DNA of 64,000 nucleotides, taken from the NCBI GenBank assembly GCA_964016885.1, contig OZ024746.1:52080001-52144000 (forward strand), written 5' to 3'. Below the pieces are notes generated by a model. It was not told the origin of the DNA. It worked only from the letters and a program-made list of their open reading frames with translations, and searched no databases. This document shows positions 54,301-64,000 of the stretch, in pieces. The translations under genes and the position numbers were made by a program. This stretch comes from Eledone cirrhosa. Its lineage: Eukaryota. Position 1 is the first letter of the stretch, and each line of letters opens with the position of its first letter.

Positions 54301-57300
54301 CTGTATGGTATGGAATTCTATGTATTGTTATGTTATACTGAGTATTGAGAAGTGTATGGTATAGAATGGTGTATATAGGTGTGTGTTGTATGGTATGGAA
54401 TTCTATGTATTTGTATGTTTCACTTAGTATGGAGTAGTGTATGGCATAGAATGGTGTATATAGGTGTGTGTTGTACGGTATGGAATTCTATGTATTGGGT
54501 ATGTTATACTTAGTATGGAGTAGTGTATGGTATAGAATGGTGTATATAGGTGTGTGTAGTATGTTATGGAATTCTATGTATTAGGTATGTTATACTGAGT
54601 ATGGAGTAGTGTATGGTATAGAATGGTGTATATAGGTGTGTGTTGTATGGTATAGAATTCTATGAATTGGGTATGTTATATTTAGTATGGAGTAGTGTAT
54701 GGCATAGAATGGTGTATATAGGTGTGTCTTGTATGGTATGGAATTCTATGTATTGGGTATGTTATACTTTGAATAGAGTAGTGTATGGTATATAATAGTA
54801 TATATAGGTGTGTGTTGTATGGTATGGAATGCTATGTATTGGGTATGTTATATTTGTATGGAGGAGTGTATGGTATAGAATGGTGTATATAGGTGTGTGT
54901 TGCATGGTATGGAATTATATGTATTGGGTATGTTATACTTAGTATGGTGTAGTGTATGGTATAGAATGGTGTATACAGGTGTGTGTTGTATGGTATGGAA
55001 TTCTTTGTATTGGTTATGTTATACTTAGTATGGAGTAGTGTATGGTATAGACTGGTGTAAATAGGTGTGTGTTGTATGGTATGGAATGCTATGTATTGGG
55101 TATGTTATACTTAGTTTGGAGTAGAGTATGGTATAGAATGGTGTATATAGGTGTGTGTAGTATGGTATGGAATTCTATGTATTGGTTATGTTATATTTAG
55201 TATGGAGTAGTGTATGGCATAGAATGGTGTATATAGGTGTGTGTTGTATGGTATGGAATTCTATGTATTGGGTATGTTATATTAGGATGGAGTAGTGTAT
55301 GGTATAGTATGGTGTATATAGGTGTGTCTTGTATGGTAAGGAATTCTATGTATTGGGTATGTTATACTTTGAATAGAGTAGTGTATGGTATAGAATGGTG
55401 TATATAGGTGTGTGTTGTATGGTATGGCATTTTATGTATTGGGTATGTTATACTTAGTATGGAGTAGTGTATGGCATAGACTGGTGTATATAGGTGTGTG
55501 TTGTAGGGTATGGAATGCTATGTACTGGGTATGTTATACTTTGTATGGAGTAGTGTATGGCATAGATTGGTGTATATAGGTGTGTGTTGTATGGTATGGA
55601 ATTCTATGAATTGGGTATGTTATACTTTGAATAGAGTAGTGTATGGTATAGAATGGTGTATATAGATGTGTGTTGTATGGTATGGAATTCTATGTATTGG
55701 GTATGTTATACTTAATATGGAGTAGTGTATGCTATAGAATGCTGTATATATGTGTGTGTTGTATGGTATGGAATTATATGTATTGGGTATGTTATACTTT
55801 GTATGGATTAGTGTATCGTATAGAATGGTGTATATAGGTATGTGTTGTATGGTATGGAATTATATGTATTGTGTATGTTATACTTTGTATGGAGTAGTGT
55901 ATGGTATAGAATGGTGTATATGGGTGTGTGTTGTATGGTATGGAATTCTATGTATTGGGTATGTTATACTTTGTATGGAGTAGTGTATGGTATAGAATGG
56001 TGTATATAGATGTGTGTTGTATGGTATAGAATTCTATGTATTAGGTATGTTATACTGAGTATGGAGTAGTGTATGGTATAGAATGGTGTATATAGGTGTG
56101 TGTTGTATGGTATGGAATTCTATGAATTGGGTATGTTATATTTAGTATGGAGTAGTGTATGGTATAGAATGGTGTATATAGGTGTGTGTTGTATGGTATG
56201 GAATTCTATGTTTTAGTATGTTATACTGAATATGGAGTAGTGTATGGTATAGAATGGTGTATATAGTTGTGTGTTGTATGGTATGGAATTCTATGTATTG
56301 GGTATGTTATACTTAGTATGGAGTAGTGTATGGCATAGACTGGTGTATATAGGTGTGTGTTGTAGGGTATGGAATACTATGTACTGGGTATGTTATACTT
56401 TGTATGGAGTAGTGTATGGCATAGTTTGGTGTATATAGGTGTGTGTTGTATGGTATGGAATTCTATGAGTTGGGTATGTTAAATTTAGTATGGAATAGTG
56501 TATGACATAGACTGGTGTATATAGGTGTGTGTTGTAGGGTATGGAATACTATGTACTGGGTATGTTATACTTTGTATGGAGTAGTGTATGGTATAGAATG
56601 GTGTATATAGGTGTGTGTTGTATGGTATGGAATTCTATGTATTTGTATGTTATACTTAGTATGGAGTAGTGTATGGTATAGACTGGTGTATATAGGTGTG
56701 TGTTGTATGGTATGGAATGCTATGTATTGGGTATGTTATACTTAGTATGGAGTAGAGTATGGTATAGAATGGTGTATATAGGTGTGTGTAGTATGGTATG
56801 GAATTCTATGTATTGGTTATGTTATATTTAGTATGGAGTAGTGTATGGCATAGAATGGTGTATATAGGTGTGTGTTGTATGGTATGGAATTCTATGTATT
56901 GGGTATGTTATATTAGTATGGAGTAGTGTATGGTATAGTATGGTGTATATAGGTGTGTCTTGTATGGTAGAGAATTCTATGTATTGGGTATGTTATACTT
57001 TGAATAGAGTAGTGTATGGTATAGACTGGTGTATATAGGTGTGTGTTGTAGGGTATGGAATGCTATGTACTGGGTATGTTATACTTTGTATGGAGTAGTG
57101 TATGGCATAGATTGGTGTATATAGGTGTGTGTTGTATGGTATGGAATTCTATGAGTTGGGTATGTTAAATTTAGTATGGAATAGTGTATGACATAGACTG
57201 GTGTATATAGGTGTGTGTTGCATGGTATCGAATTCTATGTATTGGTTATGTTATACTTTGTATGGAGTAGTGTATGGTATAGAATGGTGTATATAGGTGT

Positions 57301-60300
57301 GTGTTGTATGGTATGGAATTCTATGTATTGGTAATGTTATACTTAGTATGGAGTAGTGTATGGTATAGAATGGTGTATATAGGTGTGTCTTGTATGGTAA
57401 GGAATTCTATGTATTGGGTATGTTATACTTTGAATAGAGTAGTGTATGGTATAGAATGGTGTATATAGGTGTGTGTTGTATGGTATGGAATTCTATGTAT
57501 TGTTATGTTATACTGACTATGGAGTAGTGTATGGTATAGAATGGTGTATATAGGTGTGTGTTGTATGGTATGGAATTCTATGTATTTGTATGTTTTACTT
57601 AGTATGGAGTAGTGTATGGCAGAGAATGGTGTATATAGGTGTGTGTTGTACGGTATGGAATTCTATGTATTGGGTATGTTGTAGTTAGTATGGAGTAGTG
57701 TATGTTATAGAATGGTGTATATAGGTGTGTGTGGTGTGGTATGGAATTCTATGTATTATGTATGTTATACTGAGTATGGAGTAGTGTATGGTATAGAATG
57801 GTGTATATAGGTGTGTGTTGTATGGTATAGAATTCTATGAATTGGGTATGTTATATTTAGTATGGAGTAGTGTATGGCATAGAATGGTGTATATAGGTGT
57901 GTCTTGTATGGTATGGAATTCTATGTAATGGGTATGTTATACTTTGAATAGAGTAGTGTAGGTATATAATAGTATATATAGGTGTGTGTTGTATGGTATG
58001 GAATGCTATGTATTGGGTATGTTATACTTTGAATAGAGTAGTGTATGGTATAGAATGGTATATATAGATGTGTGTTGTATGGTATGGAATTCTATGTATT
58101 GGGGATGTTATATTTAGTATGGAGTAGTGTATGGCATAGACTGGTGTATATAGGTGTGTGTTGTATGGTATGGAATTCTATGTATTGGGTATGTTATACT
58201 TTGTATGGAGTAGTGTATGGTATAGAATGGTGTAAATAGGTGTGTGTTGTATGGTATGGAATTCTATGTATTGGGTATGTTATACTTAGTATGGAGTAGT
58301 GTATGGTATAGAATGGTGTATATAGGTGTGTGTTGTATGGTATGGAATTCTATGTATTGGGTATGTTATACTTTGTATGGAGTAGTGTATGGTATAGAAT
58401 GGTGTAAATAGGTGTGTGTTGTATGGTATGGAATTCTATGTATTGGGTATGTTATACTTAGTATGGAGTAGTGTATGGTATAGAATGGTGTATATAGGTG
58501 TGTGTTGTATGGTATGGAATTCTATGAATTGGGTATGTTATATTTAGTATGGAGTAGTGTATGTTATAGAATGGAGTGTATAGGTGTGTCTTGTATGGTA
58601 TGGAATTCTATGTATTGGGTATGATATAATTTGAATAGAGTAGTGTATGGTATAGAATGGTATATATAGATATGTGTTGTATGGTATGGAATTCTATGTA
58701 TTAGGTTCGTTATACTGAGTATGGAGTAGTGTATGGTATAGAATGGTGTATATAGGTGTGTGTTGTATGGTATGGAATTCTATGAATTGGGTATGTTATA
58801 TTTAGTATGGAGTAGTGTATGGTATAGAATGGTGTATATAGGTGTGTGTTGTATGGTATGGAATTCTATATATTGGGTATGTTATACTTAATATGGAGTA
58901 GTGTATGGTATAGAATGGTGTATATAGGTGTGTGTTGTATGGTATGGAATTCTATGTATTAGGTATGTTATACTGAGTATGGAGTAGTGTATGGTATAGT
59001 ATGGTGTATATAGGTGTGTCTTGTATGGTAAGGAATTCTATGGATTGGGTATGTTATACTTTGAATAGTGTAGTGTATGGTATAGAATGGTGTATATAGG
59101 TGTGTGTTGTATGGTATGGAATTCTATGTATTGGGTATGTTATACTTTGTATGGAGTAGTGTATGGTATAGAATAGTGTATATAGGTGTGTGTTGTATGG
59201 CATGGAATTCTATGTATTGGTTATGTTATACTTAGTATGGAGTAGTGTATGGTATAGAAAGGTGTATATAGGTGTGTCTTGTATGGTAAGGAATTCTATG
59301 TATTGGGTATGTTATACTTTGAATAGAGTAGTGTATGGTATAGAATGGTATATATAGATGTGTGTTGTATGGTATGGAATTCTATGTATTGGGGATGTTA
59401 TATATAGTATGGAGTAGTGTATGGCATAGACTGGTGAATATAGGTGTGTGTTGTATGGTATGGAATTCTATGTATTGGGTATGTTATACTTAGTATGGAG
59501 TAGTGTATGGTATAGAATGGTGTATATAGGTGTGTGTTGTATGGTATGGAATTCTATGTGTTAGGTATGTTATACTGAATATGGAGTAGTGTATGGTATA
59601 GAAAGGTGTATATAGGTGAGTGTTGTATGGTATGGAATTCTATGTATTGGGTATGTTATACTTTGTATGGAGTAGTGTATGGTATAGAATGGTGTAAATA
59701 GGTGTGTGTTGTATGGTATGGAATTCTATGTATTGGGTATGTTATACTTAGTATGGAGTAGTGTATGGTATAGAATGGTGTATATAGGTGTGTGTTGTAT
59801 GGTATGGAATTCTATGTATTGGGTATGTTATATTTAGTATGGAGTAGTGTATGGCATAGAATGGTGTATATAGGTGTGTGTTGTATGGTATGGAATTCTA
59901 TGTATTGGGTATGTTTTACTTAGTATGGAGTAGTGTATGGCATAGAATGCTGTATATAGGTGTGTGTGGTATGGTATGGAATTCTATGTATTGGGTATGT
60001 TATACTTTGTATGGAGTAGTGTATGGTATAGAATGGTGTATATAGGTGTGTGTTGTATGGTATGGAATTCTATGTATTAGGTATGTTATACTGAGTATTG
60101 AGTAGTGTATGGTATAGAATGGTGTATATAGGTGTGTATTATATGGTATGGAATTCTATGTATTGGGTATGTTATACTGAGTATGGAGTAGTGTATGGTA
60201 TAGAATGGTGTATATAGGTGTGTGTTGTATGGTATGGAATTCTATGTATTGGGTATGTTATACTGACTATGGAGTAGTGTATGGTATAGAATGGTGTATA

Positions 60301-60606
60301 TAGGTGTGTGTTGTACGGTATGGAATTCTATGTATTACGTATGTTATACTGAGTATGGAGTAGTGTATCGTATAGAATGGTGTATATAGGTGTGTGTTGT
60401 ATGGTATGGAATTCTATGAATTGGGTATGTTATATTTAGTATGGAGTAGTGTATGGTATAGAATGGTGTATATAGGTGTGTCTTGTATGGTATGGAATTC
60501 TATGTATTGGGTATGTTATACTTTGAATAGAGTAGTGTATGGTATAGAATGGTATATATAGATGTGTGTTGCATGGTATGGAATTCTATGTATTGGGGAT
60601 GTTATA
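38556..60606 (+). repeat. 38,555-bp-offset duplication, matching part of right copy
   Basis: Collinear with 1-22051. Differences seen only at 43209, 47962, 48059, 52023, 56971 and 57928. Confidence 0.95.
40891..50880 (+). repeat. Second instance of the 4,980-bp tandem duplication, carried within the 38.5-kb duplication
   Basis: ORF pair 45366/50346 at offset 4980. The same copy-specific variants appear at 45084, 47319 and 47675. Confidence 0.92.
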
Positions 60607-62408
60607 TTTAGTATGGAGTAGTGTATGGCATAGACTGGTGTATATAGGTGTGTGTTGTATGGTATGGAATTCTATGTATTGCGTATGTTATACTTTGTAT
60701 GGAGTAGTGTATGGTATAGAATGGTGTAAATAGGTGTGTGTTGTATGGTATGGAATTCTATGTATTGTGTATGTTATACTTTGTAAGGGGTAGTGTATGG
60801 TCTAGAATGGTGTATATAGGTGTGTGTTGTATGGTATGGAATTCTATGTATTGGTTATGGCATACTTAGTATGGAGTAGTGTATAGCATAGAATGGTGTA
60901 TATAGGTGTGTGTTGTATGGTATGGAATTCTATGTATTGGGTATGTTATACTTAGTATGGAGTAGTGTATGGTATAGAATGTTGTATATAGGTGTGTCGT
61001 GTATGGTAAGGAATTCTATGTATTGGGTATGTTATACTTTGAATAGAGTAGTGTATGTTATAGAATGGTGTATATAGATGTGTGTTGTATGGTATGGAAT
61101 TTTATGTATTGGGTATGTTATACTTAATATGGAGTAGTATATGGTATAGAATGCTGTATATATGTGTGTGTTGTATGGTATGGAATTCTATGTATTGGGT
61201 ATGTTATACTGAGTATGGAGTAGTGTATGGTATAGAATGGTGTATATAGGTGTGTGTTGTATGGTATGGAATTCTATGTATTGGGTATGTTATACTGAGT
61301 ATGGAGTAGTGTATGGTATAGAATGGTGTATATAGGTGTCTGTTGTATGGTATGGAATTCAATGTATTGTTATGTTATACTTAGTATGGAGTAGTGTATG
61401 GCATATAATGGTGTATATAGGTGTGTGTTGTATGGTATGGAATTCTATGTATTCGGTATGTTATACTTTGTATGGAGTAGTGTATGGTATAGAATGGTGT
61501 ATATAGATGTGTGTTGTATGGTATGGAATTTTATGTATTGGGTATGTTATACTTAATATGGAGTAGTGTATGGTATAGAATGCTGTATATATGTGTGTGT
61601 TGTATGGTATGGAATTCTATGTATTGGGTATGTTATACTTAGTATGCAGTAGTGTATGGTATAGAATGGTGTATATAGGTGTGTGTTGTATGGTCTGGAA
61701 TTCTATGTATTGGGTATGTTATATTGAGTATGGAGTAGTGTATGGTATAGAATGGTGTATATTGGGGTGTGTTGTATGGTATGGAATTCTATGTATTGGG
61801 TATGTTATATTTAGTATGGAGTAGTGTATGGTATAGAATGGTGTATATAGGTGTGTGTTTTATGGTATGGATTCCATGTATTAGGTATGTTATACTGAGT
61901 ATGGATTAGTGTATGGTATAGAATGGTGTATATAGGTGTGTGTTGTATGGTATGGAATTCTATGAAATGGGTATGTTATATTTAGTATGGAGTAGTGTAT
62001 GGTATAGAATGGTGTATATAGGTGTGTGTTGTATGGTATGGAATTCTATGTATTTGGTATGTTATACTTAGTATGGAGTAGTGTATGGCATAGACTGGTG
62101 TATATAGGTGTGTGTTGTATGGTATGGAATGCTATGTATTGGGTATGTTATACTTTGTATGGAGTAGTGTATGGTATCGAATGGTGTAGATAGGTGTCTG
62201 TTGTATGGTATGGAATGCTATGAATTGGGTATGTTATATTTAGTATGGAGTAAGGTATGGTATAGAATGGTGTATATAGGTGTGTGTTGTATGGTATGGA
62301 ATTCTATGAATTGGGTATGTTATATTTAGTATGGAGTAATGTATGGTATAGAATGGTGTATATAGGTGTGTGTTGTATGGTATGGAATTCTATGTATTGG
62401 GTATGTTT

Positions 62409-63085
62409 TATTTAGTATGGAGTAGTGTATGGCATAGACTGGTGTATATAGGTGTGTGTTGTATGGTATGGAATGCTATGTATTGGGAATGTTATACTTT
62501 GTATGGAGTAGTGTATGGTATAGAATGGTGTATATAGGTGTGTGTTGTATGGTATGGAATTCTATGAATTGTGTATGTTATATTTAGTATGGAGTAGTGT
62601 ATGGTATAGAATGGTGTATATAGGTGTGTGTTGTATGGAATTCTATGTATTGGGTATGTTATACTTAGTATGGAGTAGTGTATGGTATAGAATGGTGTAT
62701 ATAGTTGTGTGTTGTATGGTATGGAATTCTATGTATTGGGTATGTTATATTTAGTATGGAGTAGTGTATGGCATAGACTGGTGTATATAGGTGTGTGTTG
62801 TATGGTATGGAATGCTATGTATTGGGTATGTTATACTTTGTATGGAGTAGTGTATGGTATAGAATTGTGTATATAGGTGTGTGTTGTATGGTATGGAATT
62901 CTATGAATTGTGTATGTTATATTTAGTATGGAGTAGTGTATGGTATAGAATGGTGTATATAGGTGTGTGTTGTATGGAATTCTATGTATTGGGTATGTTA
63001 TACTTAGTATGGAGTAGTGTATGGTATAGAATGGTGTATATAGGTGTGTGTTGTATGGTATGGAATTCTATGTATTGGGTATGTT
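62409..63085 (+). repeat. Imperfect 339-bp (4-monomer minus 5 bp) tandem duplication; ends approximate
   Basis: ORF pair 62542/62881 at offset 339. Both copies carry GAATTGTGTATG and the same 5-bp deletion (TTGTATGGAATTC) at ~62634 and ~62973. Confidence 0.85.
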
Positions 63086-63448
63086 ATACTGAGTATGGAT
63101 TAGTGTGTGGTATAGAATGGTGTATATAGGTGTCTGTTGTATGGTATGGAATTCAATGTATTGTTATGTTATACTTAGAATGGAGTAGTGTATGGCATAG
63201 AATGGTGTATATAGGTGTGTGCTGTATGGTATGGAATTCTATGTATTGGGTATGTTATACTTTGTATGGAGTAGTGTATGGTATAGAATGGTGTATATAG
63301 ATGTGTGTTGTATGGTATGGAATTTTATCTATTGGGTATGTTATACTTAATATGGAGTAGTGTATGGTATAGAATGCTGTATATATGTGTGTGTTGTATG
63401 GTATGGAATTCTATGTATGAGGTATGTTATACTGAGTATGGAGTAGTG

Positions 63449-63516
63449 TATGGTATCGAATGGTGTATATAGGTGTGTGTTGTATGGTATCGAATGTTGT
63501 ATATAGGAGTGTGTTG
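63449..63516 (+). repeat. 34-bp sub-monomer tandem duplication producing a 120-bp monomer
   Basis: TATGGTATCGAATGGTGTATATAGGTGTGTGTTG is followed by TATGGTATCGAATGTTGTATATAGGAGTGTGTTG (2 mismatches). Confidence 0.9.
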
Positions 63517-64000
63517 TATGGTATGGAATTCTATGAATTGGGTATGTTATATTTAGTATGGAGTAGTGTATGGTATAGAATGGTGTATATAGGTGTGTGT
63601 TGTATGGTATGGAATTCTATATATTGGGTATGTTATACTTAGTATGGAGTAGTGTATGGCATAGACTTGTGTATATAGGTGTGTGTTGTATGGTATGGAA
63701 TGCTATGTATTGGGTATGTTATACTTAGTATGGAGTAGAGTATGGTATAGAATGGTGTATATAGGTGTGTGTTGTATGGTATGGAATTCTATGTATTGGT
63801 TATGTTATATTTAGTATGGAGTAGTGTATGGCATAGAATGGTGTATTACGGTGTATGTTGTATGGTATGGAATTCTATGTATTGGGTATGTTATACTTAG
63901 TATGGAGTAGTGTATGGTATAGTATGGTGTATATAGGTGTGTCTTGTATGGTAAGGAATTCTATGTATTGGGTATGTTATACTTTGAATAGAGTAGTGTA

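Larger units (their letters stand above)
1..64000 (+). repeat. Tandem satellite DNA array, 86-bp monomer, about 745 head-to-tail copies, extends beyond both window edges
   Basis: The same 86-bp unit (TATGGTATAGAATGGTGTATATAGGTGTGTGTTGTATGGTATGGAATTCTATGTATTGGGTATGTTATACTTAGTATGGAGTAGTG) recurs from base 1 to the end, usually with a few substitutions and occasional 1-2 bp deletions. GAATTC is present in most monomers. Orientation never changes. Confidence 0.99.
60607..64000 (+). repeat. More diverged satellite layer of the same 86-bp family with many private variants
   Basis: Variants not seen elsewhere in the window, e.g. TGTAAGGGG ~60782, TATGGCATAC ~60857, GTGTCGTG ~60993, GGATTCCATG ~61869, GAGTAAGG ~62248 and TATTACGG ~63844, plus 5-bp deletions and a 34-bp insertion. 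Confidence 0.8.

Noticed and set aside
6811-63642. All 21 ORFs in the track (60-101 aa, rich in Y/V/G/M/C/W or the reverse-strand equivalents)
   Set aside because: They are translations of 2-4 satellite monomers where point variants remove TAG stops. Because 86 is not a multiple of 3, the peptide cycles through the three frames of the same repeat. There is no recognisable domain or gene context, and recurrence simply mirrors the DNA duplications.
1-64000. CRISPR array or other repeat-spacer system
   Set aside because: There are no unique spacers. The entire 86-bp unit is repeated with only point variants, and no cas or other genes are present.
1-64000. Canonical telomerase-type telomeric repeat (TTAGGG, TTAGG, TG1-3)
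   Set aside because: The unit is 86 bp and complex. TTAGG appears only singly in one monomer variant, and there are no tandem short telomeric motifs.
1-64000. Transposon insertion, inversion or non-satellite island
   Set aside because: No C-rich (inverted) segment or non-repeat sequence was seen in any line. All deviations are substitutions or small in-family indels.
1-64000. Variant pattern as an encoded message or programmed diversification cassette system
   Set aside because: The variant order is adequately explained by ordinary mutation plus nested tandem duplication. There is no expression site, recombinase or reverse transcriptase in the window.

Overview
The whole 64 kb window is one uninterrupted head-to-tail satellite array of about 745 copies of an 86-bp monomer (consensus TATGGTATAGAATGGTGTATATAGGTGTGTGTTGTATGGTATGGAATTCTATGTATTGGGTATGTTATACTTAGTATGGAGTAGTG). 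The consensus has T36 G27 A21 C2, one EcoRI site and no CpG. I saw no genes, RNA genes, transposons, inversions or unique spacers, and the listed ORFs are by-products of the repeat. The pattern fits eukaryotic centromeric, pericentromeric or possibly telomeric heterochromatin, but the organism and satellite family cannot be identified from the sequence alone. The interesting content is the higher-order structure readable from monomer variants. There is a very recent 38,555-bp duplication (1-22051 = 38556-60606, six substitutions found by eye). Nested tandem duplications of 5,493 bp (64 monomers), 4,980 bp (58) and 2,401 bp (28) have mappable chimeric-monomer junctions. Older 50- and 59-monomer periodicities are also present, and from about 60.6 kb a more diverged layer carries sub-monomer indels that expose an internal 34+52 bp and pentamer structure. 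All comparisons were done by eye, so difference counts are minimums. I found no novel gene-based system.
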